The translations under genes and the position numbers were made by a program. This document shows positions 1-8,642 of a DNA stretch of 64,000 nucleotides, piece by piece. Location: contig JBFOMH010000013.1 in the NCBI GenBank assembly GCA_040830765.1, positions 146,373-210,372 on the forward strand. Direction: 5' to 3'. Positions within the stretch are counted from its first letter, which is position 1; every line of letters begins with the position of its first letter. The notes below the pieces were generated by a model. The model was not told where the DNA came from. It was given only the letters and a program-made list of their open reading frames with translations, and did no database searches. The stretch comes from Puniceicoccaceae bacterium. GTDB taxonomy: Bacteria; Verrucomicrobiota; Verrucomicrobiia; Opitutales; Oceanipulchritudinaceae.

Positions 1-1012
1 CCACGCCGAAGAAGTCACCAATGGTGGCTCGGGTGATCAAGCCGTCCTCAACCGTGGAGTCGAGAATGGTCGTGCCGGTGCCCCAACCTGGGTTGATCGG
101 CATTTCGACACCGCGGAGGATCTGGGTTTCCCCGAAGTCGGAATAGAAAAGGTCAACGATAGCCCGGAACTTGTCCGAGGGCTTGTACTCAATGACCCCC
201 ATGATGCTGTCACGCTCAAGGTTGCTGGAGCGGACGAAAGGCTTGGCACCACCGAGAAGGAGGCTGCCGTCGTCCTGTTCTGCATAGCCCCAGGCATTCC
301 ACTGCTCGCCCTGACCGGGCTGGTCGGTGTGGGCATAGCCAATGGCGATACCGAGGGTGCCGTCATTGAACTGATCGATATAGTTCATCGAATACCGCAG
401 GCCGGTGTCGTCACCGTCCGGGTTGAGTTTGCCGAGGTCGGCCCACTCGTAGAAGGCGTTCACCGCAACCGTGCGGCGACCGTGCTCAAGGGGACGTGCG
501 GTGCGCATGTCGATGGTTCCGGCAAGGCCCTGGCCGACAAGGTTGGCCTGGGTCGTCTTGTATACCATGACCCCGTTGAGGAGCTCGGCCGGATACTGGT
601 CAAACTCGATGCCACGGCCGGCGTTGGTGCTGACCTGCTGGCGTCCATTGAGGAGACCCGTGCTGAAGTCACCGACGAGACCACGGATGACGATACCCTG
701 GGCGCGGCTGTTGATCCGCTGGGTAGTCAGGCCGGGCAGGCGGGCGAGGGTTTCCGCGATACTGGTGTCCGGGAGCTTGCCGATGTCCTCGGCGGTTACT
801 GCCTCGACGATCAGCGGGGCGCGTTTCTTGATTTCAGTCGATGCCTCGATACTTTGGGCAAAGCCGGTTGCTTCCACCTCGAAGGCTTCGAGATCAAAGA
901 CCAGGCTGTCATCTTCGGTAACAGCACCGCTGTCCTGTGCGGAAAGGGAGACGCTGACCGAAAGGATCGCCGCCAGGGCGGCAGTTCGGAGTGTTGTGTT
1001 TTTAGCCATCAT
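1..1012 (-). CDS. TonB-dependent receptor, N-terminal part (continues beyond the left window edge); probably malto-oligosaccharide uptake
   Basis: Missing from the ORF track because it has no stop in the window. Read manually on the minus strand from ATG 1012/1009: MAKNTTLRTAALAAILSVSVSLSAQD (signal peptide), then plug-domain motifs AEDIGKLPDTSIAETLARLPGL, IRGL..DFS, FDQYPAELL, GQGLAGTIDMRT. Lies downstream of a GH13 gene. Confidence 0.9.
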   Translation of the reverse strand, partial: MMAKNTTLRTAALAAILSVSVSLSAQDSGAVTEDDSLVFDLEAFEVEATGFAQSIEASTEIKKRAPLIVEAVTAEDIGKLPDTSIAETLARLPGLTTQRINSRAQGIVIRGLVGDFSTGLLNGRQQVSTNAGRGIEFDQYPAELLNGVMVYKTTQANLVGQGLAGTIDMRTARPLEHGRRTVAVNAFYEWADLGKLNPDGDDTGLRYSMNYIDQFNDGTLGIAIGYAHTDQPGQGEQWNAWGYAEQDDGSLLLGGAKPFVRSSNLERDSIMGVIEYKPSDKFRAIVDLFYSDFGETQILRGVEMPINPGWGTGTTILDSTVEDGLITRATIGDFFGV

Positions 1013-1224
1013 TTTTGCTTGCTTGTGGGTTAAAGGATACCCGGGATTCGGCCGGGTTTACCTGTGGGTTGAAATGAGGAGTTGAATCAGATGAACCGGA
1101 ATGTGGGGCTTCCGATTGATGGAGTTATGTAGAGCGAATCGCTGCACCGGAACGAGATGGATTCCTTCGATAAATCCTGACTAATCTGGACAAATCTTAG
1201 AATTTTGAAAAATTCCGTCTTTCG

Positions 1225-2604
1225 TCACTCACCCTGAACGAGGAGTCGATACTCCCAACTATCCAGTTCGAATTCAGCCGTTGCTTCCAGTTCGACAGGG
1301 GATCCGTCGAAGGCATCTATCCAGCTTCCGGCGATGTCCCCTGACCCAATGGAAACCTCAATGTCCTTGGCCGTCAAATTGCCGACGAAGAGCACCTTGC
1401 CGGAATCCGTATTCCGGAGCAGGGCATAGGCAGATTCGTCCATTGTGGAAGGGATACGTGCCGAAGGGGCGCCTGTGGCAAGAGCAGAGTGTCCGGCCTT
1501 GAGGTTGTTCATGGTACGGTAGACATCAAAAAGGTGATGTTCCCTCCAATCGATGGGATCATGAACAAAGAACTCGAGACGCTTGTCCAATCCTGCTTCC
1601 TGTCCGTTATAAATCAGCGGTATGCCATCAAAGATATAGGTGAGGACGGCGAAGGTCTCCACCCCGCCACCGAGGCGTTGGAAGACAGTCCCGTTCCATG
1701 AGTTCTCATCATGGTTGGAGGTGACGTAAAGAAAGTCCGCACCATGGGGGAACTCTAAACGCATCCGGTTCAGGACATCGTCCAGATAAGAGGCCGGTTG
1801 CTTGCCTTGGGCAACATCATCAAAGGCGTGCATCATCGGCCAGCCATAGGAGGCATGGAATGCAGTTAACTGATGATCAGCAACTTCTGCCTCTGCCAGC
1901 ATGAACAAGTCTGGCTTGGTTTCCAGCAAGGCAGCGGACAGTTTATCCCAGAATTCAGTTGGAATACCGGTTGCGTAATCACAACGATATCCATCGATAC
2001 CAAACTCGGTAATCCAGTAACGCATCTCCTCAATGTGCCAATCAAGGACATCCGGATTGTCATAATCCACTTGGATGACGTCGCTCCAGTCGGGGAATTC
2101 CGGAGGCGGCATGAAGCCGCCATCAGCGTCCTTCATGTAGAAGTCCGGATTGGTAGCAGTCCGTGGATGGTCCCAGGCCGTGTGGTTGCCCACCCAGTCA
2201 AGGATGACTTTCATCCCCCGCGCCTTGGCGGCATCGACCAACGACTTGAAATCGGCCTTGGTACCAAACTCCGGGTTCACATCGCGGTAATCCTTGATGG
2301 AGTAGTAACTGCCGAGTTCCCCCTTGCGGTTGAGTTCACCAATTGGGTGGATGGGCATGAACCAGAGGGTCTTGACACCCAACTCCTCGATTCGGTCCAG
2401 ATCCGCTTCGACGGCGGCAAATGTCCCTGCCTCGGAATACTGGCGTACGTTGACCTCGTAGATCACTTCATGCCGGACCCAGTCGGGCAATTCAGTCGAG
2501 GGCTGCGTCCAGAGCAGCTCTTCGGAAAATGCAAACCCGGTCCCAAGGGACCAGACCACTAACAATAGAATTATGGGATAGCGCTTAAGGAAGTGTGATT
2601 TCAT
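1225..2604 (-). CDS. Secreted GH13 alpha-amylase-family glycosidase
   Basis: Signal peptide; GH13 conserved regions DWVGNH, GYRCDYA (nucleophile D), LAEAE (acid/base E), SNHDEN. Confidence 0.92.
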   Translation of the reverse strand: MKSHFLKRYPIILLLVVWSLGTGFAFSEELLWTQPSTELPDWVRHEVIYEVNVRQYSEAGTFAAVEADLDRIEELGVKTLWFMPIHPIGELNRKGELGSYYSIKDYRDVNPEFGTKADFKSLVDAAKARGMKVILDWVGNHTAWDHPRTATNPDFYMKDADGGFMPPPEFPDWSDVIQVDYDNPDVLDWHIEEMRYWITEFGIDGYRCDYATGIPTEFWDKLSAALLETKPDLFMLAEAEVADHQLTAFHASYGWPMMHAFDDVAQGKQPASYLDDVLNRMRLEFPHGADFLYVTSNHDENSWNGTVFQRLGGGVETFAVLTYIFDGIPLIYNGQEAGLDKRLEFFVHDPIDWREHHLFDVYRTMNNLKAGHSALATGAPSARIPSTMDESAYALLRNTDSGKVLFVGNLTAKDIEVSIGSGDIAGSWIDAFDGSPVELEATAEFELDSWEYRLLVQGE

Positions 2605-2722
2605 AAAAGATATTCAGGTTAGGATAATTGCCTGAATGTCTCACATCGTTCCTTCCTTATCCCGCCCATTCATCCGGATAGACCTGACAACGCTTGGACA
2701 AAACCTAGACTGGCGCGCTGAC

Positions 2723-3067
2723 TCAGTCCTGAATGGCGTTCTTTTCGTCAACGTAGACCAGCAAGGGCTTGTGGGCCTGCGCTTCCCCTTCCTCGTATTC
2801 CGCATAGCTGGCAATAATGACAATATCTCCCGGTTGGACGAGGCGGGCAGCCGCCCCGTTCAGGCAGACTTCCCCGGGCTTGCCGAGGATGACGTAGGTA
2901 TGGAAGCGTTCCCCGTTATTGCAGTTGTAGATATCGACCTGCTCAAACTCGAGCAAGTCAGCTGCCTTGAGAAACTCAGGGCCAAGGGAAATGGAGCCCG
3001 CATAGTTAAGATCCGCATCGGTGACCGTGGCGCGGTGGATTTTTGACTTCAATAATGTGCGTTTCAT
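2723..3067 (-). CDS. panD: Aspartate 1-decarboxylase proenzyme
   Basis: [22 protein letters not shown] (G-S autocleavage site), [16 protein letters not shown]. Start taken at ATG 3067. Confidence 0.96.
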   Translation of the reverse strand: MKRTLLKSKIHRATVTDADLNYAGSISLGPEFLKAADLLEFEQVDIYNCNNGERFHTYVILGKPGEVCLNGAAARLVQPGDIVIIASYAEYEEGEAQAHKPLLVYVDEKNAIQD

Positions 3068-3080
3068 GGAAAGGGAATAT

Positions 3081-3896
3081 TTATGATTGGAGTTCCGCCT
3101 TCGAGCGGTCCGGTTCATGGATTTGGTTCAATTCAACAGCCCGGCAAAGGCCGTGCAAAACAAGGTCGGGAACATAGGCGGTCACAATCGACTCATCCTT
3201 GAAAAAGCGGGCATGGCCACCTGTGACGATGACCACAGGTTCCCTCCCCTCAAAAGCTTCGTCCTGTAAACGGCTAATGACTTCCCTCAACAGTCCGAGA
3301 TGACTGAAGTAAAGGCCGCTTTGAATGCTCTCAATCGTGTTCTTGCCGAGACAGGCGGACGGAATTGCCAGGTCGACATAGGGCAACTTGGCGGTGTTCC
3401 GTGCCAATGCCCTCATGGAAAGTCCCATCCCGGCGGCAATGACCCCGCCAAGGTATTCATCGCGCCTGTTGATGGCACAGAAGGTCGTCGCCGTTCCCAT
3501 GTCGACCACGACCCGGTCCGTTTCCGGGAAGAGCTCAACCGCGGCAATGGCGTTGGCGATGCGGTCTGCTCCGACTTCAGCCGGATTCTTGGTCCGGATT
3601 TTCAAGCCGGTCCTTACCCCTGCCTGCAGCAGGAGAGGCTTGATGCCTAGATAGGTCAAACAGGCCTCAATAACCACTTGGTTGCAGTCTGGTACAACGG
3701 AAGCGACGGCAATGGCGTCAAGGGACTCCACTGCAATTCCCCGCGAGGAAAGAATCTGCAGCACAAATACACCGAAGTCGTCAGCAGTCGGTGACTGCTG
3801 GCTTGACTTGCGGAACTCGGCTATGACTTCACGACCGTGGCAAACCCCGCCGTAGATGTCTGTGTTCCCGATATCAAAACACAAAACCTTCATCAC
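3081..3896 (-). CDS. coaX: Type III pantothenate kinase
   Basis: [28 protein letters not shown] motifs; located within the pan operon. Confidence 0.95.
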   Translation of the reverse strand: MMKVLCFDIGNTDIYGGVCHGREVIAEFRKSSQQSPTADDFGVFVLQILSSRGIAVESLDAIAVASVVPDCNQVVIEACLTYLGIKPLLLQAGVRTGLKIRTKNPAEVGADRIANAIAAVELFPETDRVVVDMGTATTFCAINRRDEYLGGVIAAGMGLSMRALARNTAKLPYVDLAIPSACLGKNTIESIQSGLYFSHLGLLREVISRLQDEAFEGREPVVIVTGGHARFFKDESIVTAYVPDLVLHGLCRAVELNQIHEPDRSKAELQS

Positions 3897-4651
3897 CGGA
3901 TCTCCACGTTATCGATAAGTCTCACGCCCTCCAACTGGACGGCTCCTAATCGGCGACCATCCCGCTCGTCGACATATTCCACCGCAAATCCGAGCGACTC
4001 CAACTCGGCCCGTGCCATGGCACAGTCCATGGCTGTTGAGAGGACCCGATGAAACTCCGGAGCCAGGGTTCGGGCTGATTCAGAGAGCCGGGCATTGCGG
4101 CTGCTCATCGCTAATCCATCCTCTTCCCTCACAGTGGGCACGCCAACGATTTCGGTGTTGATAAAGAATGCGTTGGCCAGCCCGCGGACCAGCTGCAGCT
4201 GCTGCCAGTCCTTCCCCCCAAAGTAGGCACTGTCCGCAGCTGCCAGGATGAGTAATTTCAGGACGACCGTCATCACGCCGTCGAAGTGGCCCGGGCGCAT
4301 GGCTCCCTCCAGTACCGTACTCATTTCAATCTCGGAAATCCGGTAGATATAGTCGTCCGGGTAGAGCATCCCGTATTGTGGCATGAAGACAGCACTTGCA
4401 CCCAGTTGCTGACACAGCTCCAAATCGGCATGCAGCGGGGTCGGATAAGTCGAGCAATCCTTGGCGTCATTAAACTGGGTCGGGTTGACGAAGATGCTGA
4501 CCAAGGTCTGTTCGTTCTCCTTGACCGATTGCTCAATGAGTGAGGCGTGCCCGGCATGCAGTGCCCCCATTGTGGGGACGAAACCGACAGTTACCTCGGC
4601 TGTCTCGTTGCGCCACTCACGGAGGGCTTCAATGGTTGCCAATTTTCTCAT
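3893..4651 (-). CDS. panC: Pantoate-beta-alanine ligase (short form)
   Basis: FVPTMGALHAGH, SIFVNPTQF, RPGHFDG, KDWQQ, DGLAMSSRN, RLIDN. Confidence 0.96.
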   Translation of the reverse strand: MRKLATIEALREWRNETAEVTVGFVPTMGALHAGHASLIEQSVKENEQTLVSIFVNPTQFNDAKDCSTYPTPLHADLELCQQLGASAVFMPQYGMLYPDDYIYRISEIEMSTVLEGAMRPGHFDGVMTVVLKLLILAAADSAYFGGKDWQQLQLVRGLANAFFINTEIVGVPTVREEDGLAMSSRNARLSESARTLAPEFHRVLSTAMDCAMARAELESLGFAVEYVDERDGRRLGAVQLEGVRLIDNVEIR

Positions 4652-5441
4652 TGGAAAAACTCTCCTCGACCGACGGATAGGCCAAGGCCTTCACATCTTT
4701 ATCATATCCGCTCAAGGCCTGCCGCATGGCCTCCGCTCCATTCATGTAGGTCCGCAGGAACTTGGGTTGAAATCCAAGATTCATGCCGAGGACATCCTGC
4801 AGGACGAGGATCTGCCCGCTGCAGCTGACTCCGGAACCGATCCCGATCGTCGGGATGGTCAACTTGTCGGTTATCCGCCCGGCCAGGTCGGCCGGCACGC
4901 ACTCCAGGACGATCGAAAAAACACCCGCCTCCTGCAAGGCCAGCGCATCCAGTTCAATTTGCCTTGCGGCGGCCTCTTCACGGCCCTGAACCCGGTAACC
5001 GCCGAACTGATGAACCGACTGTGGGGTTAGCCCGAGGTGACCCATCACCGGAACACCACTTCCGACGATGTGGGAAATCACATCCAGGTGGCCCTCGGCT
5101 CCTTCAATCTTCACCGCATTGGCACCTGCCTTCATGATTGTGTCAACACACTCCATGGCTGCAGGGATGCCCTTCCGGTGTTCCGGAAAGGGAACATCAG
5201 TAACGACGAATTTGTCCCCAATGCCGCGCCGTACGGCTGCAGTATGGGAGGCCATCATATTTGTCGTGGCATGCACCGTGTCCGGGTGTCCATGCATCAC
5301 CATGGCTACGCTGTCGCCTACGAGGACAGCATCCACGGGGGATTCGGCGATAATCCGCGCGCTCCATGCATCATAGCAGGTCACCATGGAAATGGGATTT
5401 CCTTCTGCGCGGAAACGGGAGAAATCGGTCACTCGTTTCAT
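4629..5441 (-). CDS. panB: 3-methyl-2-oxobutanoate hydroxymethyltransferase
   Basis: LVGDS, VKIEG, GHLGLTPQS, PTIGIGSG, GQILV; strong AAGGAGG Shine-Dalgarno upstream. Confidence 0.97.
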   Translation of the reverse strand: MKRVTDFSRFRAEGNPISMVTCYDAWSARIIAESPVDAVLVGDSVAMVMHGHPDTVHATTNMMASHTAAVRRGIGDKFVVTDVPFPEHRKGIPAAMECVDTIMKAGANAVKIEGAEGHLDVISHIVGSGVPVMGHLGLTPQSVHQFGGYRVQGREEAAARQIELDALALQEAGVFSIVLECVPADLAGRITDKLTIPTIGIGSGVSCSGQILVLQDVLGMNLGFQPKFLRTYMNGAEAMRQALSGYDKDVKALAYPSVEESFSNEKIGNH

Positions 5442-5444
5442 CGG

Positions 5445-5530
5445 TGACCTCCTTCAAAAAATAGGGGGCGAATGGCTCGCTGCTCGGGTACCTGTCTCAT
5501 TGGATCAAGTCCTTCCTTCGGCTTTGAATA
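5445..5530 (-). promoter_or_regulatory. Candidate structured 5' leader of the pan operon
   Basis: Minus-strand RNA can form CUUG..CC/GG..CGAG around AAUGAGACA, then a GCGA/UCGC hairpin and a U-run just before the SD. Confidence 0.4.
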
Positions 5531-5663
5531 AATTAAACTGTGGATTGTCGTTCGTCGCATCCGGGTAATTCCAGTATGCGCGAATGGTCAATGGACTCCT
5601 TTTTTCGCCGGATATCAAGCAAGATCGCGCAAATCCATCCGGCCAAGGCCCGGGCAAGGAGGT

Positions 5664-5987
5664 TCAGTCGAGGTGGAAAATCTCCTCCATGGGGGCCCAA
5701 ATCTCCCCTTCTGGCAGGGAATCAAGGGGTTTTAGACAGGGAATACAGACCGCCCACCATTCCTGGGTTGTCTTGTCTGCAGCCACCGCTGCAACATCCG
5801 CCTCAAAGTCATCCCCCAGGTATTCAAAGTAACTGAAGAGCCAGCCCTCCCGGTAGAAGATGGAGTAATTGCTGAAGTGGCTTGCCTTCAACCGGTCCAG
5901 TACACCTGGCCAGGCAGCGGCATGGAGGCGTTTGTATTCCTCGTACTTATGGGGATGAACCTCGACTACTGAGCCATAGCGCTTCAT
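5664..5987 (-). CDS. rhaM: L-rhamnose/L-fucose mutarotase family protein
   Basis: YEEYKRLHAAAWP, NYSIF, LFSYFEY, TQEWW, MEEIFHLD. Confidence 0.88.
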   Translation of the reverse strand: MKRYGSVVEVHPHKYEEYKRLHAAAWPGVLDRLKASHFSNYSIFYREGWLFSYFEYLGDDFEADVAAVAADKTTQEWWAVCIPCLKPLDSLPEGEIWAPMEEIFHLD

Positions 5988-7048
5988 TGGTCGCTCCCTG
6001 ACAGGGGTGCACGGGCGGCACGGAAAAGGGCCGCAATATTGGCTGGTGGCGTATCCGGCAGAATGGCCTCATGGCTTGGGGAGACGATCAATCCAGTCGG
6101 GAAAATGCGGCGCAGACGCTGGACTTCGGTCTCGACTTCTTCAGGAGTGCCGTTGACCAGCAGGTCCTGGGCGTCTACTCCCCCACAAAAGGCAACGCGG
6201 TTCCCGAATTGCTCCTTCAGGGCGGAAGCTTCCATCCCGGCAGCTTTCGCTTGGATCGGGTGGATCACGTCCGCACCAATTTCCACAAGGTCTTCAATAA
6301 TCGGGCAAATCGACCCACACGAATGGTGAATGACCTTCAGCCCGTAGGCCTTCGCCTGCTCGATCAGTTGCTTGGTAAAGGGAAGACTGTACCTGCGGAT
6401 CAATTCCCGGGAAAGCATCAGTCCTTGTTGGGAGCCGTAATCATTTCCAATCAGGACGGCGTCCAGCTTTCCCTTTGTTGCCTCGAAGAAGATGCTGTTG
6501 GCCTCGAGATAGAATTGCGTGATCCGGCGGTTGATAGCCTCAAAGATCTCCGGCTCCTCAAGCAGTGTCATGAGGGCATTTTCCATACCGAATGCGGCAC
6601 AGGCATCCTGAAAGTGGGCCGACCAGATGACCCCGAGGCAAACTTTGTCTCCCGGTATGCCATCCACCGCGGCACGGCACTTGTCCGGATCAATATAGAG
6701 GGAGGGATCCGGCCAGTCGAAGCGCTCCACTTCCTCGAGGTCTTCGCAGTCGGCAAAATAACCCGGCGAGTTGAGCGTGCGCTCCTCGTTTTTGGCAAGG
6801 GAATGGCCACCGGTGAAGTCAAAAGCCATGTAGATGGCATCTGCAGTTGGGGAATGATACGGTAATTCAACCGGCCAGATGTCGTCATCCAACTGATGAA
6901 TCAATTCCGGGATGGAGCGCACTCCGAAATGCGTAAACAGTCCAGGATAGGCCTTGGGATCGGGGATCCCCATCCAGGTGCATGGGCGGTCGACTTCCTC
7001 ATGGGCAATCGTCCTGAGAAAGCGTTCTTTACTATTGAGGGTATTCAC
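5984..7048 (-). CDS. Uroporphyrinogen decarboxylase (URO-D)/MtaA-CmuA methyltransferase-like protein
   Basis: SKERFLRTIAHEEVDR, NDYGSQQGLM, HHSCG (Zn-ligand motif), HPIQ, FCGGVDAQ, SPSH; GTG start; ATGA overlap with the mutarotase gene. Confidence 0.85.
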   Translation of the reverse strand: MNTLNSKERFLRTIAHEEVDRPCTWMGIPDPKAYPGLFTHFGVRSIPELIHQLDDDIWPVELPYHSPTADAIYMAFDFTGGHSLAKNEERTLNSPGYFADCEDLEEVERFDWPDPSLYIDPDKCRAAVDGIPGDKVCLGVIWSAHFQDACAAFGMENALMTLLEEPEIFEAINRRITQFYLEANSIFFEATKGKLDAVLIGNDYGSQQGLMLSRELIRRYSLPFTKQLIEQAKAYGLKVIHHSCGSICPIIEDLVEIGADVIHPIQAKAAGMEASALKEQFGNRVAFCGGVDAQDLLVNGTPEEVETEVQRLRRIFPTGLIVSPSHEAILPDTPPANIAALFRAARAPLSGSDQ

Positions 7049-7126
7049 TTGAGAGCTGCCACCAATGATGGATCAGCCAGCAGTAAATTCAACTGGATAA
7101 TGCTACTGGATCCAGCCGGCGCTGGA

Positions 7127-8641
7127 TTAAAACGCGAAGAATCCCTGATAGAATCCCAGCAGGATAATTCCCGCAGAGAGCAATCCCATGACCACCCGGG
7201 CACCAATGCCAGGTGTCGTCACGGCATGCGGCACCTCATCGGCAATGAAGGGATTCTGCATCACGGCCGCCCGCATCCATCCAAAATAATAGTAGATGGA
7301 GATGACGACGCCAGCGAGGGCGAATCCGAGGACCCAGTAGAGGCCGGCCTGGAAAGCAGCGACAAAGATCAGAAGCTTGGCCACAAAGCCCGCCAAGGGG
7401 GGAATGCCTGCAAGGGAGCCCAGGCTGACGAGCAGGGTTCCGCCGAGATAAGGTTCCTTTTTGAGGAGGTCGTCGAAATGGTCCAGTTCCTGATCGGCAT
7501 CGGTCGGGCTGGCTACATGAGCCATGACTTCGAAGACCCCGAAGGACGCCAGGGCGTAGGTGACGAGGTAGAAAAGGACGGCCACAAAAGCCCAGTCAAC
7601 TGTCAGGCAGGCCAGAAGGCCCATCAGCAGAATCCCGGCATGGGCGACACCGGACATCCCCATGATCCGCTTCACGTTGTGCTGCCCGAGGGCGGCAACA
7701 TTCCCAAAGAGCAAGGTCAGGATCGTGACCACGGTCAGCAGGGGAACCGTCAAGAACTCGAGGGCGGCAAAGGGGCCGGTCAGGAGGAGATAAAGCAGGT
7801 AGAATCCCGCCGCCTTGGAGGAAACGGCAAGGAACGAGGTAACCGGTGTGGGTGCACCCTGATAGACATCGGGAATCCAGATTTGGAAGGGAACAACCCC
7901 TATCTTGAAGCAGATTCCGACCAGCACCAGGACCGCACCAAAAATGACGAGCAGGTTCTGGCTGTTATTGGCAAACTCCCCTGATGCGGCGATGAATGCA
8001 CCAAGCTCGTCGAAGTTGAGCGGGGCGGTTGAGGAGGCTGGCAGGGCCGGATTGCTGGCGGCACCATAGAGGAGCGCCGTCCCGAAGAGCAGCATACCGG
8101 AACTGAAAGCTCCCATAATCAGGTACTTGAGCCCGGCCTCCAGGGAAAGACGGCTGTCCCGCTTATAGGCCACCAGGATATAGAACCCGATGGTCAAGGT
8201 CTCGAGGGCGACAAAGAGCATCAGGAAGTGATGGCTCTGCACCAGTACCATGAAAGTCGCGGTCACCACCAGGACAAGATGGTGGAACTCCACATGGGCC
8301 AGCTTCTGTTTTTTCAGGAATACCGAGCCAATGTGGGTAATAAAAATCGAGGAAACGAGAAGGAAGAGCCGGAGCCAGTCCCCGTTTGCGCTTTGGGCCA
8401 GCAAGCCACCGAAAAGGACCTCCGCCCCCTCGCGGCTGCAGTTGGCCTGCATCGAGAGCCCCAATAGGATAACGGCGATGACCTGCACCCCGATGGAGAT
8501 TCGGGATAGGTGCGGACGAAAACGAGGAAGCAGCAAGTCGACAAAAAGAATCAGGACTGCAAAACAGCCCAGGACAATCTCCGGGAGAAGGGAGCTCCAC
8601 CGGTTGCTGGCAGCGACGAGTTGAAGGGTTTCAGTATCCAT
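7127..8641 (-). CDS. nuoN: NADH-quinone oxidoreductase subunit N
   Basis: SLEAGLKYLIMG, FKIGVVPFQIWIPDVYQGAP, SLAGIPPLAGF; operon order. Confidence 0.96.
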   Translation of the reverse strand: MDTETLQLVAASNRWSSLLPEIVLGCFAVLILFVDLLLPRFRPHLSRISIGVQVIAVILLGLSMQANCSREGAEVLFGGLLAQSANGDWLRLFLLVSSIFITHIGSVFLKKQKLAHVEFHHLVLVVTATFMVLVQSHHFLMLFVALETLTIGFYILVAYKRDSRLSLEAGLKYLIMGAFSSGMLLFGTALLYGAASNPALPASSTAPLNFDELGAFIAASGEFANNSQNLLVIFGAVLVLVGICFKIGVVPFQIWIPDVYQGAPTPVTSFLAVSSKAAGFYLLYLLLTGPFAALEFLTVPLLTVVTILTLLFGNVAALGQHNVKRIMGMSGVAHAGILLMGLLACLTVDWAFVAVLFYLVTYALASFGVFEVMAHVASPTDADQELDHFDDLLKKEPYLGGTLLVSLGSLAGIPPLAGFVAKLLIFVAAFQAGLYWVLGFALAGVVISIYYYFGWMRAAVMQNPFIADEVPHAVTTPGIGARVVMGLLSAGIILLGFYQGFFAF

Positions 8642-8642
8642 C

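Noticed and set aside
329..1085. Plus-strand ORFs of 234 and 204 aa
   Set aside because: Antisense shadows of the minus-strand TonB-dependent receptor.
5984..7048. Calling the URO-D-fold gene hemE
   Set aside because: It lacks the HemE N-terminal RQAGR motif and has the HSCG signature instead.
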